Shown: piece after piece, positions 25,801 through 37,700 of the stretch | How positions within the stretch are numbered: the first letter of the stretch is position 1 | Layout: every line of letters starts with the position of its first letter | NCBI GenBank assembly: GCA_964106915.2 | Contig: OZ066919.1 | DNA length: 64,000 bases | Reading direction: 5' to 3' (one strand) | Source of the DNA: Podarcis gaigeae | Lineage: Eukaryota | Notes under the pieces: model-generated | Databases searched by the model: none | The model's input: the letters and a program-made list of their open reading frames with translations, nothing else | What the model was told of the DNA's origin: nothing | Program-made: the position numbers and the translations under genes

Positions 25801-27752
25801 AATAGACTGAAGACAAGCAAGGTCAGGATTCTGCTTAGGATCTATTTCAGCAGGAGCTTTCCTCATGAACATTGGGATCTGGTCAAATTCCTGTCAACAA
25901 ATGCAGGCAGCCCAAGTTACCAAGGATAGAAGAAAAGGGTTCAAAATAGCCACATGTCTTTGGAAATAGAGCCTTTATTCGAGATACTTAACAGAAGAAC
26001 TTGCATTTTTTCCCTCCCATACATTGAATTTTGTCCTTGGGTATTTCTAAAGAATTCACTTAATTCATAGTTCTTGGCTTTCTAGGTAAGTAATTTCAGA
26101 CTTAGCATCAGCCCTTGCTAAACCTTCAAACCCACCATTTTCCTGTTACAAAAACACAAAACCAAACCAAAAGGAATGTAAGATATAGATCCTGTAATAT
26201 CCGTCATTGAATTATATTAAATTTCTCTATTCTTTCAAGTCAATTCTTGTTTACCAAGAAAGACACATTGGTGAGGTTAGCACATAATGCTAAACCATTG
26301 TTTATTAAACTACAGTTTATTAAACTGTATCATCAATAAACTAGTTAATAATAAACTAGTTTAATAAACAGTATGGAAAAATGTGACTAGAGAATTCATC
26401 ATCTTATTCAACATCTAGCCCTCCCTCCAGAATTCTGGCCCTCCCTCCAAATGTTGTTGGATTCCAATATCCATCAGCCACAGTCAGCATGGTCAAGGGA
26501 CAGCAAAGAGGAGAGAACAGTCCAGCAAAGTCTGCAGAGTCACAAGTTCCCAAATTCAGGTTACAATAAAAATATATATATTTTTTGATACACTGACATG
26601 TATTGTGAACTTGCAACCCAATATGCAGGTTTAAAATGCTACCTGCTCTAATGTCACAACACACATCCCACCCCTTGGTTAGAAAGTCAACATCCACTGT
26701 ACATGGTCAAATTGTAAGTTTCAGTTGCCAAATTGTATTGACAACATTGTGCCAACCTAACAGTTATAGTTTGCAAGTGGCCTCTGTTGTTACGTGCAGA
26801 TTCAGTATATACCAACAACTGCTCCATGATAAAACAATGGTGACAATATTTTAAATGTCAATGTGAAACATTACTGTGCTGCAAAAACCCACGGCTGTCA
26901 GGAAAACCTGTCCAGAAGTCGGTCATGTTCTCTAAAACTGCACTCTACATCCAGGTGTGGGAGATGACTGGTTATTAACACTGGAGGCAAGGCATTCTGC
27001 ACACGCTCTAGAGGCACTCTCATCTTTACTGCTGGCTCATATGCCTTGAAGTTGAAAGTAGGCTCCAGAACTGACCTCTGGCTCAATCATAATTTAGTAG
27101 AGCTAACCAGCAATGCTCACAACAAATAACCCTATTAAGATCTGTACCATCAACCCTCGCCTTGCAGTGGTTAGGAGGAAGACTGGGAATTAGTGGTTTG
27201 CAGAAGGCTAGCCAGTGTTTGTTTATATCTTACCTTTCATCCAAGGAGCTCAAGACAGCGCGCATGATCCAACCCCCTTCCACATGTCATCCTAAAAACA
27301 ACAACAACCCTGCGAGGTCGTTTAGGCTGAAAGAGGCAGTGACCGGCTCAAAGCCACCCCAGCAAACTTCCCGGGCGAGTGGGAGATTTCGAACTCGGGT
27401 CCTATCCCGACATTCAAAACTGCAGACCAATTCCCCCCCAAAAGCTCACCCTCTGCCAACCTGTCAGGGCTGTTAGAGAGGACGGAAAGGGGGGGGGGGA
27501 CAAGAGGCCGGCGAAAAGTGGAGGCTGGAGACTAAACTAAGAGGCTGGAGACTCTTCCCCAACTTGGCATCTCCCCAGGAGCCCGTGCAGTCGAGCGCGG
27601 CCACCGGCTCCGCCCTCGTCCCGCCGCCCGGAGAGACGCACCTGCTCCCAGTTGTCGGGGCTGAGGGCGCCCGCGTAGCGCTCGGGGCCGCGGAACCGGT
27701 CCAGGAAGGCATCCCAGCCCGCCTCGTGCTCTTCCTCCTTCTCCGCCATCAT
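19892..27752 (-). CDS. TTC4: Tetratricopeptide repeat protein 4 (HSP70/HSP90 co-chaperone, Cns1 homolog), 385 aa, 10 exons
   Basis: Exons 27752-27642, 25890-25773, 25117-24962, 24238-24161, 23235-23111, 23012-22926, 22823-22609, 21978-21897, 21006-20924 and 19994-19892. All GT-AG with consistent phases, 1158 nt. Motifs NPDLACLQSIIFDE, YKNEGNDYFK, TNRAAAQFYLGN, WPVLFLYPE and SDFISSFHE match recalled TTC4. Confidence 0.96.
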
Positions 27753-28020
27753 TTTGCGCTCCCCTTCCAGTCGCAGCCAGGCTCGCTCGCTCCGCCCTTC
27801 CGGAGGCGGCGCCTTTCCGCCTCTGCTGAGCCCGAAGCGGGAGGAGCTCGACGCTGCTTCCCTGGGCCAGCAAGGGGAACGCGGTGCTGAAGCGGGGCTT
27901 TTGCAAGATCGCTCTATCACCGTCCACCCTTGTTTTAAATTATTTCGCTTGTGGGGGCGTCAGTTGTCTGGGGTTGCAGGCGGGAAAAGGCGAGCTGAGG
28001 AAAAACCAGTGCCGGATTTA
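27480..28020 (-). promoter_or_regulatory. CpG-island promoter and first exon of TTC4
   Basis: CpG-dense region spanning the ATG at 27752, with GC boxes and ETS-like ttccgg motifs. Confidence 0.8.
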
Positions 28021-28027
28021 CATATAA

Positions 28028-28387
28028 GCGGGTGGCGCTGTGGGATGCGGGTGGCGCTGTGGGTTAAACCACAGAGCCTAGGACCTGCCGATCAGAAGGT
28101 CAGCGGTTCAAATCCCCGCGACGGGGTGAGCTCCCGTTGCTCGGTCCTTGCTCCTGCCAACCTAGCAGTTCGAAAGCACACAGTGCAAGTAGATAAATAG
28201 GTACCGCTCCGGCAGGAAGGTAAACAGCGTTTCCGTGTGCTGCTCTGGTTCGCCAGAAGCGGCTTAGTCATGCTGGCCACATGACCCAGAAGCTGTACGC
28301 AGGCTCCCTCGGCCAGTAAAGCGAGATGAGCGCCACAACCCCAGAGTCGTCGGCCACTGGGCCTAATGGTCAGGGGTCCCTTTACCT
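28028..28387 (+). mobile_element. Full-length Sauria SINE with duplicated 5' tip
   Basis: gcgggtggcgctgtgg occurs twice at the start; standard Sauria SINE body; tail ccctttacct. Confidence 0.92.
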
Positions 28388-28558
28388 AAGATGACTAAAC
28401 AACAACATTGGTATTTAAAAGGGGCTTGCAGGAGTGTTGTATACAAGCTAATAAGTGACTAGGGCATGCATGCCTTGATCTTCATAGAAAAGCCTATCAT
28501 GATGTAACTATAGCAAGCAAAAGTCCAGGAGGCTGGATTCTGTAGGGAATTGACGTTC

Positions 28559-28564
28559 TTTATT
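28559..28564 (-). terminator. Candidate AATAAA polyadenylation signal of the MROH7-like gene
   Basis: tttatt on the plus strand about 160 nt downstream of the stop at 28722. Confidence 0.5.
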
Positions 28565-28721
28565 ATCCAGGTAGCTGGTAAATTATCAATTCCTTTTATG
28601 GTCCTTTATAATGTTCTTGCTGAGGTTCAGTATAGGAAGAGTGATATTCACAGCCTTTTTGTTGTTGCTGCTATTAGGAAGAGCTATACACCAAGATCCT
28701 TTCTCCTCTTCCAGTCCACTA

Positions 28722-31700
28722 TTAATTTCCATTGGCCGATCTCCAGAGGTTTATAACAGCAAGAAGTCTGGAAGGGGTGTGGCGGATACTATTCAGGGCT
28801 CTGGAACTCCTTAGAGCATTTTCAGCAGCAGTGTCGCCGGCTTCCGTCTTGCAGTTGCTTTCAAGCCTCTCCTTCTGACTGGAGAGAACAGAAGAAACGC
28901 GCTCATGGGCATGTGCTGCAGCTATGCACACAGAAGCATCTGGGTCGTGCATTAAACCTTCAAGAGCTGAAAATGAAAGGGACACATTAACACATAAGGG
29001 GACTCTGATCCAAATAAATGCTAAACCTTTCACATTAAACCTTCAGCTATTTAATGTCCATTGTGGTTGTTGTGGATATCTTTAAAAATAACTCCACAAA
29101 TTTTATGACTTGGACATATTTAGTGAATTTGCTTATTCATGTCTTTCATTTTAGGGTGGATTGAAACAGAGAAAACCCCCCTCTATAAGTAAGCCAGAAA
29201 TTAGATCGTTATAACAAAAGAAAGAAAGAAAACCCCTCTATGGAAAATCACATTTTAAAATTTCCTGCTCTCTGGCACCATCTGGTGTTGTGTGTTTGTA
29301 GCGCATTCAAATCACTGTTTCTTTAGTAATATGCCTGAGTCCTGAGTTGCACATTATTATTATGGAGCTTATTATTAGGGACCAATGTAATAGAGAGATT
29401 GGATGTAGAGAGAAAAGGCACAAGTCCTGAAGGGAAAGAGCCTTACCTACAACTATTAGCTACCGAAACATTAGCCGTTATTTCTCCGCAACTGTGGGGA
29501 CCAGGGTTTACATTTTAGGAAGGAAAATATGACAGTCCCATAATACTGCAGAGTTTTCGGCAGATTTAATTTCCTGAACTGCAGCATAATTGTGTCCATA
29601 TAATCATTATGTAAAACCATATCATAGAATCACCCTTTTACAGCCTCTTTTTCTAAAACTGATACCCTACAAAAAACAAGACGGTAAACTTTCTTATGTC
29701 TAATAGAGATTTGAAAAATACTTAAAGGTGTTTATATATTACCCTAAACGCACTTTGATCTCTTCCCCTCCCTAAGTATCTAGCAGTTTGTGCAATTCTG
29801 AATGCAACTGGGAGAAAAAAGCAAAGTTGATTTTTCTGATTATATAGCGTGATTTTATGTATCCCATATGAAAGGATGTGCTCTACTTTAAGCACCACTT
29901 GTTGAATATTAAAGAAAAAATACATTGCTGCCTCAGGGCGGCCTCATAATGTTTTAAGGTGCTTTCAGTATTTTAATAGCAAGAATAATTGATGTGAGTT
30001 AATTCATAAATTATCAACCAATAAGTCTTTGAACTTTGTTGCTTATATTCTGTCTTTTTTGTGTCTATATTATCTTTCACGATTCTGGCATTTTAATAAA
30101 AATGAAGGAAGAAAGGGGGAAATATACACTATATACAAGTGTAACAGTGTCTACATCTAATTGTCTCTCCTTTGTGTTCACTCTCTTCATTTAGTACCTA
30201 AAGACATGACAGCAATAATCTTACAATTTCTCTATTTAACCTACCATGAATGATCATTTCCAAGTCTGTAGTTCCTGCCTTGCTGTCCATATGTTGTACT
30301 AGAAAACCTAAAGGCAACACACAAGGATTTAGTCATCATTTACTTGGGTCAATGCCTGGTAGCAACGCGTGTAACTAATTCTACTTGAAAACAAGCCCTT
30401 TGTTTCAATGAAATGTCTTAAAGTGGGTTTAAAATTGTTATATGCTCAAGGACAAGGATGTAACTCTGTACTGGTTATCAGGGGAAGGGAGGACTGGGTG
30501 TGCGTTCTGAAGCTAGCATTTGCTGAGTAGAAGCTTTCATACAAACAGATGTCCACAAAGCAGCTTTATCAGCATCCTTTCAGCATAGCAGTGGTAAACC
30601 TTGCTCCTGAGCTGAATGAGGCTGTGCGTTTGAACTGTGACAATGCCTCTTGCTTGTCTGGATAAAAGTGTGTGTGTGTTTGTATAGAAATCTCTGGCTT
30701 TGATGTTGCAGGAATGTAGCCTACTGTACAAAAGTTAAGAGGCCTATCCGTTGTTCCATGCCCCCTTGGTTCTGGGCACACCCACTACTAGAAAGCTGCT
30801 TATAAGTGAATTTGGCCCTTGGGTTTAAATAAATTCCCTAAACTTGTTGTAGGGAGTTTGCATGATTTTAATGAATCCTCTCCACAATAAAACGAAGATT
30901 AAAAGGTCCTGGCAAGAGCTAATGCAAACAGTTGAACTTGTGTTTTTCATTTACCAAGGAACACGATGGAAGCCCTTTTTATTGGAAGAAGTTCACTCTG
31001 AGTGTAGTAAAGGTTCTGGTACAAGAATCTCTGGAGAGTTGCCTCTTGCTTCTGCACCTGGAAACTCAAGAAATGCATAATTGGCTTCATTAAAAATAAA
31101 AATAAAGAGCTGGTGTGAGAGTTGGGAAAGAGCTACATAAATAAACATGCAACCATTATCGTCATCATCATATCTGATTTTTAAATGGACAAATATCAGC
31201 TTGCTGTGAAGAATCAAATGAAGAAAGCTGTGCATAGTCTTTCATAGCGATGAGCAGGAGGAGGGATCTCAGTGCTGCTGCTCAACTCACAGCATGGCTT
31301 TTGTTCCTGCAACTGGCTGGACTAACAGAAGAGGAGGAGAGCATCTTTGAAAATCACCTCTTACACAGAAGCAACATTTGGATTGAAAGCCATTATGTGA
31401 GCTAAATGCCAGTGTCAAATTCCACCCCAGAATTCCAAAATGTCACAATTAGGGATGTCCCTCAGCTCATAATCTTTCAAAAAGATTATCACCCCACTTT
31501 GCCCTTAATCTAATCTAGACATTTATAAAAAACAAATAAAAGGAAAAAATTGTGCCTATTTTTTTGTTTTTGTTTTAATTCCTTCAAGGTCTTTACGCTT
31601 GCCACAATCAGGCTTGTATTCTGCCTCTCTTGCTGTCCTTGTCTCTAGACTCCTTTGTACCAGCAAAGAACTTTCAGTGAAGCACTGGGAAGGGTTTATA

Positions 31701-34700
31701 TTCAGTGGTAGAGCACATATCTTCCATGCAAAACACCCTGGGGACAACCCCTGGCATCTCAAGACAGGGCTGGAGAAGACTCTGACATCCTGGAGAACGG
31801 ATGCTGTTTAATGTAAAGCAGTAGTCAGAACTAGTAGACAACATACAAGGTACTGGCAGGTTTCATCCAGAACTTCTTCATGCTCAGGCCAAGCTTTCCT
31901 GCTGATAACCTGCTTTGGTAGTTTCCATCCCAGGAACTGAAAGGATTCATTTAAGGCATAACTACATTCCTGCAAGATATGGAGATGATATATCGTTTTT
32001 TTACAGCATTCAGAAAACAAAACGGCCAACTACTGAATATTCTTTAGAAGGGACACACCTTCTGGTATTTGCTCATCAAGGGACAGAAAATGTGAATGTT
32101 GAGGTTTAGTATATTTACACTCAAGGAAGCATGAAAACACTGTATGGGAAATGCACCCTGAAGACAAAATGTATTGAGGAGTTAGTGATCTGACACAGAG
32201 CCCTTCCTGCCTCTGTTTCTCCCCCTCTCTTGCTCTTGTTAAGTTTTTTGATGGTGTGAGAACAGTCTTAGATGTCCTGAGAACATTGGGAGGAGGTGAA
32301 GCCCGCCCCCCACAGCTGCCTCATCTGTTGTGAAGGATAATGATGGGTACCCTCTTCCATGTTGGACATTCTTTTGAGAAAGTGAGGCATTGGGAGGGGG
32401 GGCTATCTATAAAATTGGACAGTTCAGGTAGAGTTTCTTTGAAGCTCATGCACAGACTGATTGGCTGCAGAGCCGTGCAAACTGAGGCTACCTGGGGGAG
32501 TCGCTTCGCTGCTTCTTGAGGGCTTCCAAGTGGCAGGCTGAAGTGCTTGCTTGGTATGTATATGTTGCTTGCTGTTTTAGAATAAAATCTTTAATCTTCT
32601 CACTCACTTGTGTAGTTTGAATTGCTTCTGAATCTCATTTTAAAAGAACCACCTTGCCTTTGGCAAGACATGCACTCAGATGGGAGGCAGAAAAGGCTAG
32701 AAGATAGAACTTTTTAAATTATCTGGTTGGTGAGAAGCATGATGGTTCCCCTGAAAACAAAGAAATGTTGGCAGAAGCTTGCCTTGTGGATGTCAGGGTC
32801 CTCCTCTTCGAGATGCAGAAGTAATGGAACCAAGTTTTCTAGTACCTGATGCCTCATTGCATGCTTGTTATTTTTCTTAGCCCATTTCACCATTTTCCCA
32901 AAAAGACATATGGCGGAAGCACGGACACTTGCTCTTTCCTGTCTCAAAAACAAAAGAAGGCAGTGAGATTGTTTCAGTAGAGAGTGACATGCAAACTGAG
33001 CCTGATTAAAAATTTGTAATCCCATTTCTCCATTATTTTTTAAAATGATCATTTCATTTCATGAAGCACCTCAAAGCGATTTCACAATACGATAAAAACA
33101 TATGCCAGGCTAGTGCCAAACGTATTGCTCTGGTGTCCACATCAGTGAGGTTGAGAGGTGGGGTCTTTGTCGTCTGGGCAGCCCAGAACCTCCATACACC
33201 CTGCCCAGCCTTGCATCCTGGGGAGATCACTTTGGTGCTGCTAATGCAGCAGTTTGACTTCACCCCTGGAGGTGCACTCCATTGTCTCTCGAGACAGACG
33301 GATGCCAGCAACAACAACAAACGTATCTAAAACAATCACATAAAAGTAATCCAAAAGCATTATATATTAAAAACAGTTAAAAATAATCACATATACTGCA
33401 TATGTATGTAATGTAATACTACTGGGATAAAAAATCTCCACTTAGAAGGCTTGTTGAAAGTGGAAAGTCTCCAGCAGATGCTGAAAAGGCCATAAAGATT
33501 CCACCTGTCTGAAATGTAATGGGAGTTCAAAAGGTTAGATACCAGCACACTAAAAGCCAGATTCCCCTTCATGTGGAATGAGCCTTCTGATAAGATGGAA
33601 TCTGCAGTATGTCCTCTCCTGCTGAGTGCAGTGATTGGTTTGGTATGTAAGGGATGAGATTATTTTTCAGATATCCTTGTCCCAAGCTGTATAGGGCTAT
33701 ATGGAACGGTTCATACGAGTGAATAGTAGCTGCTGCATTTTGCCCCCCATAGGGGGTTTCTGATTTTGGGGTATTGTTAAAGGATGACAAGTTGTCTACC
33801 TTATTACTATATTTTTGGCACCGCATGAGGATTTTCTGCCTCAGACTTTAACAGCTATTAGGTTATCTCCATTTTTTTACCTTACTGAAGCTATGCAGCA
33901 TCTATCTCTGGGCAGGGTTATCAGCTGTCAAATTTTTATTTTGCTCCCCTACGCTCAGTGTCACACCTATGATTCTCCCCTGCTATTTTATTCTTACAGC
34001 AACCTTGTGAGGTTGGTTAGGCCAAGAAAAAGAGCGACAGCCACAAGGACACCGAGTTTCTTTAATGGCACTGCCAGACTAGGGATCTGAACCTGAGAGT
34101 CTTTAAGTCCCACACTCCAGGCACTGCACCATATTGGTTCTCATTGTCAACGTGACCTCAAGAGAAAACCACTTCTGTGAGAGGGTAGGCCTGCCTCTTG
34201 GCTTGTAACAAAACCCAGCTAGTGTGACACTGCTTTCTTACATTGCTGAATAGTTCCTGAAGAGAAAGGCTGATATCGCAAATACAGTCTGCTCCTTCTG
34301 GGCCATTAAGAATCTTCTCAATTTCAGCAACTGCCTCTACAAACAGCTGCCCATCCATCCCAGAAAGACCTTTTGTCATGACAGGCAATACAATCTTTAC
34401 TTCCTCCTGCACAGAAAGGCATAATTTAAGTTAATAAACAGTCAAACCTCGGTTCTCAAATGGCTCCATTTTTGAACGTTTTGGCTCCCGAATGCCGAAA
34501 ACATGGAAGTAAATGCTCTGGTTTTTAATGTTTTTCGGAACCTGAACGTCTGACGCAGCTTCCGTTTTGAGTTTCCCTATTGAATTGAGGCTTCTGCTTT
34601 CAGTTTTTGAATGTTTCAGAAGTCAAATGGTCTTCTGGAACGGATTACGTTCGAAAACTGAAGTTTCATTGTACCAGACCTATGGATAACAAGCTATCTG

Positions 34701-37700
34701 GATGTTATGTTTAAGCATGAAGCAGTGGACAAGAAACATAATTTTAAGGCAAAGAAAGTGAAATAGCAATGGAGAATTAATATTTCATTGTAATATAATG
34801 TATGGTACTCACCTTCTCCAAGTGATAAAGTCTATTAAAAATAAAATCTTATACATGCCTGCTCAGAAGTAAGCCACACTGGCACATCAATATTTCCAAT
34901 TCTGGGAAAATTTTATAAGTGCATTCAACTGAGAACACTTAAAAAAATCTTCATGCTAAGCATGCAAAATGCTGAAGAGCAGTCCATGTGTCTATAGGTG
35001 TTTAGGGCATAATTTGCTTATGTCACGTACTGGAGAATTTGTGGCCAAAACTCATAGGCTTTGGAGATTACTGCTATTTTTTGGATGGGATTCAATTCAA
35101 CATACTGGAAAATTCAGGTTGCTCAATTAAAGTTGATTTTGTGCTCTTGCACAACAAACACACTTCACCCAAAATCAGACTTTTTGTAATAAGGAAAATT
35201 ATCGGAAAACACACTGGAAAGTATGGGCTAATTATTGATTGACACAACAATATAGATCCTCCCCACAAACAAATCAGAATGAATGATCAGTACAGTAAAT
35301 AGTTCATGTTGTCTAACTGCTCCACAAATTTTGTGCAAATTGAGCTGAATGCAATTAAATCCTCAACAGATATCCCTGAATTTATCAACTAAATCCAGTG
35401 AAATCATATGATGGGCCCTGTTGTTTACCTTTCCTATCCAGTATGCAATGTTAACCAGTCCTTTGATACACAATGCCCGGATGACTGGGTTTTCATTAGC
35501 CAGTCCTCGCTTCAGACGATACAAAGAATATTGTTTGGGAAGTCTTCTGGCCTCTGACATACAAAGAAGCTAAAAGACAAAGAAGAGGTCCATGAGAATT
35601 TGGTTCACAAGCAACTGCCTGCTTCAGATGCCAAAAATGTACTAACTTGTTTCTGGCACTTGGTTATCAATCCTCCCCAAAATTCCAAAGTACACAGTGG
35701 CCCTTCCAATGGATGCACAATCTGTTTCTTCGTCCATGTTAAGCAAAAATGGCTTGCAGTAGTTGCACCCATCCATTCTTCTGCCTTCCGGTGATTTACC
35801 GTATATTGTTTATTCTTTGTGCTGCAATCAACCACAGCAGGGGTAGGGAATCTCCAGTATGTGGACCAAATTTGGCCAGCACAGGTCCCAGTTTGTCCCA
35901 TGAGGCCATTTCCCCTGAGCCATGCCTACTTGCCGCACATCTGATGTCATATGTGACATGACCTGATGCCAAATGTGTAGGGAAAATAAGGACCAACCTA
36001 GCATTAGAGATCATGCACTTTCTCAAGTTCTGTTGTTACTTATTTTGCCACAGTTGAACAGCTTCTGCTTTCAGGTAGGTAGCCGTGTTGGTCTGACGCA
36101 GTAGAAATATATATAATTATTTTTTTTTTTAAAAAATTGTCCAGTAGCACCTTAGAGACCAACTTAGTTTGTTCTTGGTATCAGCTTTCTGCTTTGAATA
36201 AGTAAAACTGTGTTGTTTTAATAGACCAAATATTATTTATCAAATTTATTCTGCCAGCATCCTACACAAAATGCAACAGGATGAAGCGGCTCTTCAGATG
36301 CACTGTTACAAATATATTCTGTTTGATCCAACTCCACTTACACCACCAGTAACAACTATCTGAGAACATAACCACAGAGTCACAGGTGGGCATTATCACT
36401 ATGTTTGTACAACCATCCTTGGAATCAAGGCCAACAAGCCACTCTGCATTCCCAGAAAGGCCTCTATGGTTCCACAGTGCAGAAGTTGCATCTTCCTTAC
36501 TTCGCTGAAGAAAGCCAATCCTGTGATCTGGTGCTCTTCATCACCTCGCTCCAGGAAGGGAACTAGGAGGTACAAGATCCTCAAAAGGTCATAATTGGAG
36601 GTCTGAAGCATGATTCTGGTTAGGAAAGACAATGCAGATGTACACCGTTATGGCCAGTGGTTAACTCTACACTTGGGAATTTTTGTAAATGTTTGGGGTG
36701 CTCTAACCAAATGTTTACCACCGCGCACCTTGCAATAAGGCCTACTCCCCGATGGTGATCTTCACAGCTGGTGAGGAGCTCCCAGCCCCGCTCCTTCTCA
36801 ATAAGAGTAAACTCACAATAGCACCTCACAGCTAGGAGAAGAATCTTCAGTGCTGCTACAATATAGCTGAATTTAAAAATAAAATATGATACACATCAAG
36901 AAGCAGGTGTAGCACAGTGGTGACTTCCCAGTTGGGAAGTCTCCAGTTCAAATGTTACCTCTGCCACAAACCCAATCACTAGGTGGCCTTAGGTAAGGCT
37001 AGACTCAACCCTCCATCTGCAATATGGGGATAATATTACCATATTTTTTGCTCTATAAGACTCACTTTTTCCCCTCCTAAAAAGTAAGGGGAAATGTGTG
37101 TGCGAATGGAGCGAATGCAGGCTGTGCAGCTATCCCAGAAGCCAGAACAGCAAGAGGGATCGCTGCTTTCGCTGCGCAGCGATCCCTCTTGCTGTTCTGG
37201 CTTCTTGGATTCAGAATTTTTTTTCTCTTGTTTTCCCCCTCCAAAAACTAGGTGCATCTTGTGGTCTGGTGTGTCTTATAGAGCGAAAAATACGGTAGTC
37301 TGCTTTACAGGGTCACTGTAGGATTATCAATGAAAGCACTAGAGCACTTTGGAGAAATTCTATACAGTTGTACCTTCATTCTCGAACGCCTTCTGACTTG
37401 AACGCCACAAACCTGGAAGTGAGTGTTCCGGTTTGTGAACGTTTTTTGGAAGCCAAATGTCCAACGCGGCTTCTGTGGCTTCTGCCTGAGTGTAGGAAGC
37501 TCCTGCAATCAATCAGAAGCCGCGCCTTGGTTTTCGAATGTTTTCAGAAGTCAAACAGACTTCCGGAACTGATTCCGTTTGAGAACCAAGGTATGACGGT
37601 ATACAATTTAAACACTGTTGCTCAGCACTAGCTGAAGCTTCTGAATCAGACTCAGGAGCAGCCCCGTATATAGCATACACTGCAGTAATCAAGCCTTGAG

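Noticed and set aside
27473-28200. Multiple overlapping ORFs around TTC4 exon 1
   Set aside because: CpG-island and SINE artefacts; only 27752-27642 fits TTC4
29722-29925. Exon-like ORF in the last MROH7 intron
   Set aside because: The flanking exons join in phase without it, and it has no family similarity
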